Of a stretch of DNA of 64,000 nucleotides, positions 28,438 to 42,566 are shown piece after piece. Each line of letters opens with the position of its first letter. Within the stretch, counting starts at the first letter, position 1. The position numbers were made by a program, and so were the translations under genes. This DNA comes from Octopus vulgaris (Eukaryota). The stretch is taken from NCBI GenBank assembly GCA_951406725.2, contig OX597821.1, forward strand, positions 88,846,001 to 88,910,000. Direction: 5' to 3'. The notes under the pieces are model-generated. The model was not told the origin of the DNA. It searched no databases and was given only the letters and a program-made list of their open reading frames with translations.

Positions 28438-28502
28438 CACTACGATTGTTTCATGGCTGTTAATTTCTTTAAATTTTCAAGTCATAGTCATTCATCAGGT
28501 GG
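28438..28502 (-). ncRNA. Type I hammerhead ribozyme motif, core intact (mirror copy)
   Basis: CCAC-CUGAUGA-AUGACU...AGCCAU-GAAA-CAAUCG-UA-GUG. Confidence 0.75.
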
Positions 28503-28639
28503 TTTGAATATTTATCTTGGCGAGGTTTAAACAATGAATTTAATAATACAATTTAATATAATACAATATTTTACTATAAAATTGGATTCAATCCTAAATC
28601 TGATTTTTCCCTGTAAGTTTGGATTTATTCCCTAATATT

Positions 28640-28680
<41 letters not shown>

Positions 28681-29086
28681 TGCTATGGACAGACCATAGT
28701 TAAGATCCAGGTTCGGTGATTATGCGAATGAGAAGTCCAACGTAGGTCATATATTAGCATCCATGCATATATATAAAAATTTAACAAAATGAGATAAAAA
28801 TCCAAGGCTTTGAATGATTTCATAACATTTAAAAAGAGAAGGTCTTACAGCTGTTTGTGGTAAAATTTTATATCTCTTCATCGGAGACGGTTCGAGAAAA
28901 TGGTTAAGCAATCATTATTCTAGAAATTAAATCTTATATATATAATTTTTATATATATTTATGCTTATATATGACCTACGTTGGACTCCTCCTTCGCATA
29001 ATCACTGAACCTGGTGCTTAACTATAGTTTGTCCATAGCATTTACTCAGCATTACCTGAAGCCTATGGGTCTTCTTGACACCATTA

Positions 29087-29095
<9 letters not shown>
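28681..29095. mobile_element. Fold-back element (arms 28681-28760 / 28961-29040), same family as 11595; decayed hammerhead on the minus strand at ~28841-28890
   Basis: 28783-28922 matches 11595-11733; 28971-29060 matches 11931-12015; bounded by (TA)n on both sides. Confidence 0.8.
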
Positions 29096-29149
<54 letters not shown>

Positions 29150-29602
29150 TGTGTGTGTGTATAGATAAATAGATATATATTTATATGTGTATATATATAT
29201 ATGTATATATGCATGTGTGTATATAAATATATGTATATATATGTATATGAATATATATACATATATATGCATATATATATGTATATATACATACATATAC
29301 ATATATATCTATATCTCTATATATAAAATATACATATACAAATATATATGTGTATTTATATGTTTATATATTTATATGTATGTCTTTTTATATACATGTA
29401 TATATATATATATGTATATATATATGTATATATATATATGTATATGTACACACACACATATATATATATATATATATGGTTACGTACCGGGTGTCCCCGT
29501 TTAATGTGACGATTTGCATAAATGGAAAAGAAAACGCAATATCACATCCAGGATATAAATTTGTCTTCATAATAATCTAAAATATATATGCCAATCTTTC
29601 TA

Positions 29603-29733
29603 CCCTGAAGACAGATGCCAAATATACCTAATGTCCGTATGCATCCACCAACACTTGCGTAGTTATCACCGTGTTTTGAACTGCATCTGCCAATATTCTT
29701 ACATAATCCCGAGCTTCTAGAAACAGCCGTCGG
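29603..29733 (+). ncRNA. Possible hammerhead with a very long stem II insert
   Basis: CC-CUGAAGA (29605-29611) ... GAAAC AGCC GUC GG (29720-29733); similar architecture at 32793. Confidence 0.35.
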
Positions 29734-30945
29734 ACCTGATTTTCCTTACCCACTCCCCTTAGTTGTCAGTGCTTTTGTCATCTGTGTAAATCTGCTCTGT
29801 TAATTTGTTTCCATGTATTTATACATATATGTCCATTGCCTGCGTATCTTCAGTCTTTGTCTCGGTTTACATGTATAAATGTATGTATATTTTTTATATC
29901 TAGCCCAAGTAGTCTTATTTATTTATTTCAATCATTACCCAACTCTCTCCTTCTCTCTCTGCCTCCCTCTCTCTCTCCCGCTCCCATCTTGTCTAATAAG
30001 ATTATCGAGTCCTTTGTTTCCCAATATTATTTCAGTGACTTATGAGCCATAACCATATATACGTGTGTAAGAATATACATACGTATATACATACAAATTT
30101 GTGAATGCATATACATGCTTGTACATAGATTTGCATGCCTATTTGTTTGTCCAGCTACGTGTTTGTAAATAAACATATTTAAATAAAATGTTTTTAGAAA
30201 AGTGATCTTTGTTGAAGCATTGGAAAATGTATATATTCATACATACATACACGCACATATGCAGGCATACACACTGAAACATACACACGCGCGCACACAC
30301 CCATCTACACACACACACACATATAATATATGAGCATATTATTGAAGGCGACAGATAAATTAACAGTCTAGATTGTTAGCATGCATAAAGGATGTGATAC
30401 GCCAAGGAAATAAACACTTTTTCATTTCATTTTTTACTTTCTTTAAAGGTTTGAAAAGGAATTTTAACTCGAAATATCAGAAACAATGAAATATATCTCT
30501 TATTATAATCTTAAATAAAACTTCATTATCGCTGTTACTGTTATATTTTAATGCTAATGTTCGAAAGGCATAACTGTCACATTCTGTTATTTATAACTCC
30601 TTTTTTCCATTAATATTTCTGTAATTCATGTGAGAAATATTCAACTGGTAGATTTGGCAAATTTTTGGTTTATTCAGAACTGAATTCGTTGTTGAAATCT
30701 TGCAATGTAAAGTGAAGTCTTTGTTTCGTCCAATGCAGAAAAGTCGGTATGATATATGTGACAGATATATTTGGTTTAATGAACTTTGAGTTTTCTCACT
30801 AAAATTATTTCATCCAGGAACACCATAAACAGAATATAAAAATACCAACGCACAATATTCTCGGCTTTTGAGTGACGTATGTGATTTAAAGTTAAAATAT
30901 ATTAAGACTGCATATACGCCTTTCTTATAAGGCAATGAAGTAAAG

Positions 30946-31146
30946 CGAGGGGGTGCTGAAAATTTACAAGCCTTAAGGAACTCGCGAAAGGCCTGGTTGG
31001 AGGCCAAACCTCCCGAGTTCTTAGAAAAAATTAAGGTCGTTGCGAAAAAGTATGAATCTGAAAGGGGAATATGTTGAATAAAATCATAATGAACTGATCT
31101 TCTTGTATGTTCTTTTACACAAAGCCAAGGACTTTACAGCACTTCA

Positions 31147-31150
<4 letters not shown>
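30946..31150 (+). mobile_element. Mariner-derived MITE, copy 3 (opposite orientation)
   Basis: TIR cgagggggtgctgaaaattt; internal remnant AWLEAKPPEF...KGEYVE* resembles a mariner transposase C-terminus. Confidence 0.75.
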
Positions 31151-31205
<55 letters not shown>

Positions 31206-31274
31206 ACATAGTGAAATGTGTACTTACATATAAGAGAACAAAGTGTACGTACGCTGCTATATATATATATATAT

Positions 31275-31655
31275 ATAAAATAAAATGCAAAATGGGACAA
31301 GAACGCAAAACATCCGGACAACTAGGTGATATAAAAAGGGAGAAAACATCCAGATAGACGATACAAAAGAACAAGGAGAGGTCATTCGAAGCCTTTTGTC
31401 TTCAGTCAAGAACCCGATCATCCTCGCAATTTCGTCTGATTAATCTTGAGATTGCTCCAATATGGCCAGCCCCAAGGAAGAACTAAGCTAAGAGCATTAA
31501 ATTACTTGGAAAAAAGCATCGAATGTATACGAAAACAAAGACGGAAAAACAGACGATGTTACACGAATATAAATACAAAAATACAATAAAAATAACAATA
31601 ATAATAATAATAACAGGACATAACAACAGACGTCTTTCGACTGGGGACGAATTTA
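31275..31655. other. Unclassified probable repeat abutting a (TA)n tract
   Basis: Abrupt change in composition at the TA tract and strong A bias; only one copy in the window. Confidence 0.3.
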
Positions 31656-32395
31656 TATAATTATATCTTCATAGATTTCGCAACACTTGGATATAAGCTT
31701 CAACATTCTTAATGACCACCTCTCGACAGTAATATAGCTTCTATGGCCATAAACATCTCCGTTCATCACTAACTACAAAATATAGAAATATCCCATTGGG
31801 ATTTTTGAAACTCGACGTATATTACTTTATCTCTCTATCCCTTATTATGAGCAGAATGAAAACATAGTTACTTATTGCTTATCTGCTATGACAAATAAAA
31901 CTGCCCTCCCCTTCGCTAGGTATTTAAAAATTCTGCCACCTAAATAAATGCTATAGTTATGCGACGCTCATTGAAGCCATATTACGCACCTAGACAAATT
32001 TATGTACAAGTGATAAGTAATCGCTGAAGATTTTTCAGACTAATCTCCGAAGAGAGATTTTATTTAATATATATAACGTTAAAAACATGTGAGATGATAT
32101 AGAAAAATATTTATTTCTTCATAATTGATTATAATAGTTTGAATTCTAATTTTTCTTGTAAAATTTAAAAACCGAGAATATATGCAAACATTTACTCACA
32201 AATGCTCAAGTTTATATATATTTTTTCCGCTGCTGAAAATATTGTTCTGCTCTTTCTTTACCAACTGTCAAATGACTAATACGCATGTAAACTATATTAT
32301 GCATCTTCATTCGAAACACAAGCCTATATCCAAGGAAAACCACACACAATTTGTTTGAGTGTCTATGTGCGTGTATATGTACAATTGTCTTTATC

Positions 32396-32595
<200 letters not shown>

Positions 32596-32629
32596 ATGAC
32601 ACAAAAGTGACAGAGAGTATTAAATGGTA

Positions 32630-32692
32630 CCGGCGTTGCTAGAAATGAGAGCTATTGAGTTGTTTTGACTCTTATTTCTAACAATACTAGTG

Positions 32693-32693
<1 letters not shown>
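32630..32693. repeat. Collapsed remnant of the 62901-63300 fold-back family
   Basis: ttgctagaaatgagag...tgagttgttttgactcttatttctaacaatactagt matches both arms of 62901-63300. Confidence 0.65.
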
Positions 32694-32729
<36 letters not shown>

Positions 32730-32792
32730 AGTAAATGTAGGTAAAGCAGTGATTCCATCTTTGAACTTCTTTCCTCAAATGTAAGATGTCCT

Positions 32793-32882
32793 CCCTGAAG
32801 CCGGAGGCTCATCTCATCCCAAGATGGAATCGAACAACAAAGATTATTATGGACCACCGAGCACCTGGAAACAGCTGTTGGA
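32793..32882 (+). ncRNA. Possible degenerate hammerhead with long stem II
   Basis: CC-CUGAAGC...GAGCACCUG-GAAAC AGCU GUU GGA; one core substitution. Confidence 0.35.
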
Positions 32883-34627
32883 TTTGTAATATTTTTCCTC
32901 ATCTCTTTTAATTCTCTATATCATTTCTATTCGGTGTAAGTGGGATTTTTTATATATATGTATATATATGCATTTTTTTTGTACTTCATGTATACAATAT
33001 ACTTTATATATTGATCTGACTAAATTGCATTCCCTACATTTACACCTATACCCTCTCAAGTTTAAATATATTGAACATTACTATGTGTATTCTATACGGA
33101 GAATATTTGGATCTCATCTATCAACTATATATATTCATGTATCGCGAACACAAACTTGCTCTTAGACACAAGAAAGCACACATACATATACATGCACACA
33201 CATATACATACAAACACGCATGCACACATATATGTGTGTATGTGAGATTTATTACTTAACATATTTAATCAAACGCTATATTTCCTATTAGAGCTTTTGC
33301 TAAACACAAACAAGTTAAAATTAAAAATAAACGCATGTTATGCAAGAGACAGAGACAGATAGTGAGATAGATAGGTAAGCAGATAGACTGATAGATAGAT
33401 AAATAGAGAGACAGAGAGGGGAGGGAGAGAGAAGGAAAAGGAAACGGTCGAAACAGAGGAAACAGAAAGAGTATATACACACAGCAGAAATATCAAATTA
33501 TAGTTATTTACTCTGCTATCATTTGGAGATTAAAAGCTTACACGTATATCATAGGTACATGCATGCATGTTAATATACATACAGGCATACATAAATACAT
33601 ACATACATACATACATACATACATACATACATACAAACTTACATACATACATACACGCAATATAAATGTATGAGTGTAATTGTGCGTATGTATGTACGTA
33701 TGTATAATCGCAATGAAATAAATATTTGAAATTATCTGACAATTTCTAAAGCAAATGGAAACCTTTATATCAAAGTTAGAAATCAAATTGAAATATTGTG
33801 TTTGTATTTTCAATTACCGTATTAACATTTCTCTAATACGCTAGTATTAACATGTATTTAATTGCGTAATATTAACATGACATTTTAATAATGTATTAGC
33901 ATGTATTTTGTTCATACATTAGCATTACTGTAGAATTTCATAAACATATTATATTATATATGAGGTAGATATAAGGATACACGTTTGGGAGAAAAAAATG
34001 GGTACAGCTGATTAAACAAAACTTAGTACTTACTGGGTACTTGATTATTTAAAAAGGCAAGATCATGCAAAGATAAACCTGGTGGAATTTGGAATCAGAA
34101 TGTAGAATACAATAAAAAAAAAGTATTAAGACAGTATTGTGCGTGATGTTTGAGGTAGAAGGTATGTTGGCACGTCTGTTGAGTTATTTGTGTTTCAACA
34201 ACGACACTTTTAAATTAAGTCTTCTTTCAGCAATTTAGATATTTCCATTGAATCCTAGAAAGCTCAGCATGTACAGCGGTTATCCATCTACAAAGTGCTT
34301 TGACAGTTAGAATAGACCATGTAATGGTGGTCTATGTATATCAAGGATGCTTCTTTCCAGACATAAAAATCAGTTTTTGACATTGTGGATATAATAATGG
34401 ACTCAACTGTCAAGATGCTTCTTTCAGAAAGTGTGGAATGAAAGTACGACGAGACATTTAAGAAATATTAGCATCCGCTTCATTCTGAACTATCTTTTAT
34501 AGTCTTGATCACGTTTATCCTTGGATCATGACGGACATCGGACTTTGATTTAAACCTAAATCATGGCAGCACATATCTAGGTCATCATCGTTTTCATTGA
34601 TGTACAGGTGAAGACAATATTTCTATA

Positions 34628-34815
34628 ATATTGGTTTCAAAGTTTGGTATAATAACAGCAATAACAGGCGAAGTCGATATTCAATTACATCAGCACCAGA
34701 GCTCAACTGGCACTTCTTTTATCAGCCCTGAAAGGATAACAAGCATTTCGAAATGAGAACGTAAGGATGGACGAAATGCTGCTCAGCATTGTAACGATTC
34801 TCTCAGCTTGCCGCC
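34628..34815 (-). mobile_element. Old SINE family A copy
   Basis: Diverged core and older tail (tattggtttcaaa.tttgg). Confidence 0.6.
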
Positions 34816-34959
34816 GTATATTCCCGTAATATTAGCATGAATTCAATGCAAATTTCAAATCTGTTTATTTATATATTAATATAGTTGTACACGCACAGAA
34901 CATAGCTGTAACTACCATTCTTCCCGTTACTAACTTTGAAACTCCAAAACGATATCATT

Positions 34960-35181
34960 TTTATTTATCATTTTATCTAGTTTTAGCTCACGAGCTGTGG
35001 CCATGCTGGGGCACCACCATTCAAGAGTACAACAGGGGTCTCCACCACCCCCTGCCAGAGCCTCGTGGAGCTTTAGGTGTTTACGCTCAATAAACACACA
35101 CAATGTCCGGGCTGGGAATCGAAACCGCGATCCCCCCGATCATGAGTCCGCTGCCCAAAACCACTGGGCCATTGCACCTCC
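34960..35181 (-). mobile_element. Chimeric SINE: family C head and central domain with a family B-like tail
   Basis: Head matches 18755; tail ggtgccccagcatggccacagctcgtgagct.aaactagataaaa resembles the family B tail. Confidence 0.8.
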
Positions 35182-35765
35182 ATTTCAAGTTACATTCTTC
35201 AGCTGGTAATTATAAGCTACATTTGTTTAGCCACATTCCGACAGTAACATGCCTGTACTATTGCCAAACCATACTGACGTTACCATAGAATATTGAGGTT
35301 TCTTGAACTCATATCGTAGCTTGCTTTCCTGTTTGCACATCTTTTGCTATCTTACAAATACGCTGAAAGATATTCCCCTTCAGTTGTCGCATCTATATTC
35401 TTGCTACGACTGAAGATGAAGTAATGTCATAACATTATTTTATTAGAATATTACAATCTCATTAATACTTGCTGTATTAATGTATAAATATCTTTGTAAT
35501 AATACATTAGCATGATTATATGAACGTATTAAAATGTTTGTATTCATGTATTTGCATGTATTTAACACAATATTGACATATCTTTATTAATAATATAAAC
35601 ATGATTCGAGTAATGTCTTGGCATGTCTATATTAACTCATAAAATGCTTGTGCCAATTTAACAACTCGCTATTTAGTCCTAGGGAGAAAAGATGATTTTT
35701 AAGCAATATATATGTGTGTGTATGCAAGTATATATACATATATATATACAGATCGCCATGTTGAT

Positions 35766-35965
35766 TCACTAGCCTCTGCACGCATTTTTTTCTCTCCTTG
35801 TTTCTTTCTGTGTTTCTTTTCTGTGTATCTTTCTGTTGAAGAGCGTAGGCTCGAAACGTAAAAGACTTGTTTTATTTATATTCCTGAGCGCCATACTAAT
35901 ACAATTGTTTGTTTGTATTCCACCTGCATTCGTCTTTTGTTTATTTTCATAAAGCTTCCCGTTAT
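35766..35965 (+). mobile_element. Solo Penelope pLTR-like fragment ending in a TA-rich tract
   Basis: T-rich ~200-bp segment carrying a minimal hammerhead at 35828. Confidence 0.65.
35828..35865 (+). ncRNA. Minimal type I hammerhead ribozyme motif (one core substitution)
   Basis: UCUUU-CUGUUGA-A-GAGC GUAG GCUC-GAAA-CG-UA-AAAGA: 5-bp stem I, 4-bp stem II, palindromic ACGU in place of stem III. Confidence 0.75.
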
Positions 35966-36829
35966 ATATACATATATATACATGTATACATGTGTATGTA
36001 TGTATATATGTATATGTATGTGTGCGTGTGCGCACGCAGTTATACGAACAAAAACCTACACATATATTCATTCACATATAGGAACATTTAATTATCTAGG
36101 TCAATTTAAATAACCGCTTCTGTATTTTAGAAATGACTCCGACAGGTCATATTAAAGGAGTTATTTTATTTAAAAGAAAAAATAATTTCTAGCTCTTGCC
36201 ATCATGTTGCTTAAGACCTGGTCTCTATTCTCACTCCTTAGTTATGCAAAGGATTGAGTTTAGATGTCATGATTTTCAATCATAAATATAGTTTCTAAGA
36301 AAGATTTGAACGAAATGGTTCAAGCAGGAATTGAAAATGTATTGCATATGTAACTTCCTGAAAATTACCATCACTTAGAAAGCTGGTATTGCAATAACAG
36401 TATTTTAATGTAGTATATATTAATGAATTAAGATGGCTTCTTTTAATATTTAATTACATGTATTTAATGTTTAATTACATGTCATTAACAAAGTATTAAC
36501 TTTATTTTCATATAGTATCAACTTGACTTTATTAAAGTATTAACTTGTCTTTATCAATATTGGTAGGTGCTGATGTTTATTGATTTCTAAGATGGTATTT
36601 TTGTATTATAGGAAAGAGAACGAGTAGTCGTGTTGATTGATATTGGACGACTGTCTGGAGGTCAGCAGATCTTATCGTGTCATTCGACATTAATTTCCGA
36701 CTCTCTGCGATTCCATCCAACACTAAATGTTTTTCAAAGCGTGTTATAGCTAGATTTCGCTTTACAAGCAAAAGAAGCACTACAACAAGAATGAAAGATT
36801 CATGGGGTTTCAGTGACAGGTTCAATTAC

Positions 36830-37912
36830 TCTTCAAGTAAGTCTTCAAGCAACAGACCACTATTCTATCTAAGAATAGGTGTACCCTTCTTCTCTTCCCA
36901 GACAAATTAAACAGAATTTATTATGCATTCCCATATGAGAAAGTATATTCTTTTAAGTTGCCAGTCTTGAAGATATATGTCCCGTCAATGATGATACACA
37001 TGATTTCAACTTACAGAGATGAAAAAAGGAAATCTAAAGGCAGGTACATCTCACTGTTACTCACAATGGTTCTACTATTTAACTAATCACTAATATTAGC
37101 ACAAATCAAGGACGTCCATTACAGTCCAGAGTTTAGTAATTCTAATATCGATGTCCTTTTTTGATGAACCTATTCAGCTGCCATATATACGAATTCATCC
37201 ATTCGATTTAGCATACCAGTATCTAGTGTGACAAGTTTTCGGTCTTCATGGTTTAGTGACATGTTCTCTGTTTTGGTAACATATATATATATAAAGGCGG
37301 CGAGCTGGCAGAAACGTTAGCACGCCGGGCGAAATGCGTAGCCGTATTTTGTCTGTCGTTACGTTCTGAGTTCAAATTCCGCCGAGGTCGACTTTGCCTT
37401 TCATCCTTTCGGGGTCGATAAATTAAGTACCAGTTACGTACTGGGGTCGATGTAATCGACCTAATACCTATGTCTGTCCTTGTTTGTCCCCTCTGTCTTT
37501 AGCCCCTTGTGGGTAATAAAGAAATAGGTAACATATATATGTGTAGACTAATTTTCATAAAATAGAATTCGGTTTTATGAAGAATTTCTTGAGCTTGATC
37601 AATGGTATTTGGTAAAAGGGCTATGTGATCAGTAAAGTCTGCATCACATATAACAGCTGCTGAGTTTCAGTTACTTCCTCTTTGTGACTTTGTAAAGCCA
37701 AGATTTTATTCATTAACAATAGCTTCCCTCAAGGCAAAATCCAGAGCGATTATGAAAAGATATGGCACAAATGTATCATCTTGATACATTTGTATCACAC
37801 TCGCTAGGATTTCAAAATACTCGATCTCACCCTCAGCAGAGAGAATACAAGTTTATATAGAATCTATGGCATCAGATATGCTATATGCAACTAGGATTGT
37901 CACAAGCTTTGA
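36830..37912 (-). pseudogene. Decayed RTE-like LINE reverse transcriptase fragment, interrupted by a SINE
   Basis: Manual translation: EGEIEYFEILASV..QDDTFVPYLFIIALDFALREAI and ICDADFTDHIA (decayed QGD..P.LF and FADD motifs), continuing past the SINE as KTE...DEFVY...DIDIRI.K.W. Confidence 0.75.
37296..37530 (+). mobile_element. SINE family A, full-length young copy nested in the RTE remnant
   Basis: TSD ggtaacatatatat at 37275-37288 and 37527-37540. Confidence 0.93.
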
Positions 37913-38419
37913 AGTAGCTAGTTTATTGCAAAGAATTACTAATATTTAAAGAATTAATAAAATGCTTACTCATACAATGTTTCAAATACAGTATGTCTCT
38001 AAGAATCAAACTGAATAAACTGAGTAGCATTTATTACATTGTGCGTGTCATGGCAAACTAAAAACACTTATTTTTCTTCGCTGTACAAAATCATTCTAAT
38101 AGAACAGTGCGTTTGATTGTGCACAAGGCAGAGACAGCCATGGCATGCTAATTTTATTTTTAGATAGTTATCTTAGGCAAAAAATTTTGATTAAACGTGA
38201 ATGTTTTACCTTGAGGAATGAGAGGTAGGTAGAGTAGTTTCGGTTTGTTAATGTAACGGGATAATGTAGATGAGTTTGGATGTTTCGGGTAGATTGTATA
38301 TGAAGAAACAGGGAATGTCATGGGTTAGAGATTATTATAGTAACAAACATTATCCCACCAATTTTTAGTTATTATTCTGTTGCCTTTGTGTCCACGGTTA
38401 TTGTGCAAGATTGATGATT

Positions 38420-38860
38420 CGAAGTTCGCTATTAAAAAACAAATTGTGCGATTTCTTATGGGTTATAATTTGTCATAAGAAGAGAAGTAAAAATTGCACA
38501 TTCAAGCAACACTTGCAATTGTCAGATGTCATTGTTGTTCGTTACAAGCCTATCTCTAATTCGGCATACCAACCATCGAGCACTTTCCAGCCGTGATATA
38601 ACTGCGTTCCCGATACAGACTGCCAGGATTGCATGCATTATTTGTTTTCCATTTTCACAAGACTGTAATTTGTGATGTGGAAGAGATTTGTCTGCTATAT
38701 CTAATACGATGGACTGCATGACAACTTCCTCATCGGTTCGTGGGGGCAGAGTATATATCAATCTCAAAACAGCTTTAACCAAAAGCATTCTGACTTTGCC
38801 AGTTTCAATGATTTTTTCAGATGCATTATATCTAAGATTATCTTTCTTAGAATGCCTTTC
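38420..38860 (-). pseudogene. Possible decayed APE endonuclease region of a CR1-like LINE
   Basis: Fragments SECFWLKL, IYTLPP, D.SLPH and DRLVTNNNDI occur in the order of APE motifs. Confidence 0.35.
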
Positions 38861-39109
38861 CCTTTCATATACAGTAACGTGTGATCGGAGTGAGATTTAA
38901 CAAGTTCTTGTACTTATTTGTAGTTTTTTTATTAACAGGCTTTTACTATGAGGGTCTACAGTATGCCTTGTGTGTGTGAATATTGATCAAGTAAAAAAAG
39001 AGGTTGTTGAGGTTTCCGTAGTCACTGAGTGTTCTTTCCAGACTTTACAGGACTTTATACCTGATTCTATAGAGAGATTCAGTGTTTCAAAACGCATCCT
39101 ATATACATG

Positions 39110-39705
<596 letters not shown>

Positions 39706-40070
39706 GAAGGAAAAGAAAAGCAGATGAAGATCTAGAAAGTTGACATGTCATCAAGATAAAATTCCATTAGAATTTGAAATGTTCTGCCCGAGTAGAATTT
39801 CAATTTTCGCTCACAAACCCTGTTCTTTATTTTGTTTTTTTATGTTTTTGGTTCTTCGCTTGTTTTTTTCTTCTTATGTTTTCTTTCTTTCTTTCTTTCT
39901 CGGCCTCTTCTTTACTGATGTTTTGTTTTTATTTAGCTCCTCATTATTTTCACGTATCTTATGTTCCCTCACACTTCGATATGAATATATATGTATATAC
40001 GTACTTACATACATATACGCATATATGCATATATATATTTATATATATATACATGCACATATATATACAT

Positions 40071-40182
<112 letters not shown>

Positions 40183-40368
40183 ACACACGCACACACACAC
40201 ATATCTACACGTTTATGTGTATATTCTACGCTTTATATTCTATTTCTTTATTGCAGTTCTCATTCATTATTTTTCATGCATTTTATGTTTTCTTACTCTT
40301 CGATATGTGTGTGTATGTATGCTGAATAAACATACATACATACATACATACATACATACATACATACA

Positions 40369-40402
<34 letters not shown>

Positions 40403-40494
40403 CACACACATACCCAGAACCATTGTGCTCACCACAACAGTTAACTTTCAGAATATAAAACCAGGCAATCGTATTGCAATGAACTGTTTGTATC

Positions 40495-41713
40495 TATCAG
40501 GCTGAGTAAAAAGTATGCAACGTCTTAAAACATGAAATTCATCACAATATATTTCAATAATGCGGAAATTTTTTTCATCAAAATAAATACTATTACAATC
40601 AACACAATTTTGCCAACAAGTTACAAGTTTGTTTATTCTGGTAGCATAAAATTCTGGAGTTCTGGGGCAGATAAACTCTTTCAACGCACTTTCAGCATCG
40701 GTATGATTTTTGAACTCTTTCACTCGCAGAAAACCATCAGGGTGCTTGAAAACGGTAGGAAAAGGTCTGGGGAATAAGCTCGATGAGGAAGAACTTCGCA
40801 GCTAAGTACCTTAAATTTCTGAAGCGTCATTAGTGAAACGTGTGATCGAGGATTGTCATGAAGAGTGATTGGCCCTCTTCTGTTGACCAGTGTGGGACGG
40901 AGGAGTAGCAGTTTTTCGTTCAATTTGGCAATTACATGGCAATATGTTTCTGCAGTAATAGTTTTTCCGGGTTTTAAGAAGTTATAGTGGATGGGTCTAG
41001 CGCTACACTACAAAACAGTCACCATAGCCTTCAATTTGAAGAACTCGGGTTTAGGGAAGGTTTTCATGCTTCATTTAGGTACAACCACTACGAAGAACGT
41101 TTTTTTATAATTGTACAAAATCCACTTTTCATACGGTCGAGAAATAGATCGCTTTGGTTATGGAGAATAAGCGACGGACAAATTTCATGTCTGCGCATTT
41201 TCTGATTTTCATTCAAAGCGTGCGGTCCCCATTTGTCGAGCTCTTTTGATTTTCCGATAGCATGCAAATGGTTGCAGGTAGTTTTCTGGCTAACTTCTAA
41301 GTTCTTTTGCCAATTCTCGAGTGGTTTTACGTGGCTCCTTCTCAATGAAAGTCTTTAAATGACCGTCATCGATGACAGATGGGCGTCCACTACGCTCGTG
41401 ATCTTCAAAGCCCAGGTCTCCACGTCGAAATAGTTTAAACCATTTTCGAGAAGACTCGTTTCGTTTATATCACGAGCAATTTCAGATGCTTTACACCCTA
41501 TTTTGAATTTGAATTGCAAAATTGCTCGAAAATCGCGCTTTGACAGTTCCATTTCAGATGATTGTAACAACGGTGAAAAAGATATCAATGTTAATTCATT
41601 GATGCATTTGGGCAAGTCTATGTCTGTATATTATCAGACAATTACAAAAACAATGTTTTAAAAAATTCAAAACTCTGTAAAAATCCTGTACAAATCCATG
41701 GTACAAAACGTTG
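40495..41713 (-). mobile_element. Near full-length mariner transposon with a frameshifted transposase pseudogene
   Basis: MELSKRDFRAIL (start 41552), WGPHAL (WVPHEL), EKWILY, HDNPRSH (HDNARPH), PHRAYSPDL, W..CVDCNS.YFD. TIR tatcaggctgagtaaaaagtatgcaacgt at 40495; only a partial mirror near 41705. Confidence 0.92.
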
Positions 41714-42566
41714 CTTCACAGCGCTTGAGCTCAACTTCCGTTTCGACAAATCATTGAGAGCAGTTGTGTAACTTAAGCACCCATAACGTACTGATTTTTT
41801 CTTTTAGATAGTTAAGTAAATTGGCGTAGTGGCGGCATTATGTCACTTTTTAATGCCTTCTAAACGAGTGGAGGAAAAGAGGGCAAAAAATCCCACTTTC
41901 ATCCATTTAAGCTGATGGATATAGGTGCGTCATTTTCCAATGTATTTTGCAAATATATTTCATAGCCTATGTCTCACCCACTGCAGGTCTCTTTTACTGG
42001 TTGGCTGTAAGCTCATGCAAGCTAATCATGGGTACCCAGTGAAGGGGAAATAATCTCCATTTTGCAAAACATTATTAGTGTACGATTATTCTCGAATATA
42101 TAAGTAAAGTATGTACACAGCACAAACCGCGCAGCAACAATGCTCTACTCTCTGCCCAAAGACAGTTATACGGCTCTAAATGTGTAAAATACCGGAAACT
42201 GTGGCAAAATTAGCATTTCTGGCGTATTAGGTGTGTTCAGTATCATGCATACTTCTTGCTGGATTATGACGAGTGAAAGTATGAACGGAACTTTAGCAAA
42301 AAGGCTCAACCTGGTTTACTCAAATTGTTCAGAACAATGTCAAAAAGAATGACAATGGCAATGAATAATGTACTTCGATATAAAGGAAATCTGGACAAAA
42401 GACGAGATAATTACTGCAGCATCAACTTAAGATAACGATAAACTGTTCAACGCTAACGTAGGACAAGCAACAATATGACCAATAAAAACTTATAGACATT
42501 CAAACACTCAAATCTTCTTCCTTCAAGCTATACGCGTTTGAATGTGTTTTGCGTAAGTCGAATACT

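Larger units (their letters stand above)
27995..28650. mobile_element. Fold-back element (arms 27995-28210 / 28306-28530) plus a direct repeat of the spacer (28211-28290 = 28561-28645), with hammerheads in both arms
   Basis: Inverted and direct repeats read directly; TA tracts on both sides and in the middle. Confidence 0.85.

Noticed and set aside
31380-31455. Minus-strand CUGAAGA and CUCAAGA...GAAA motifs
   Set aside because: No consistent stems or UH site.
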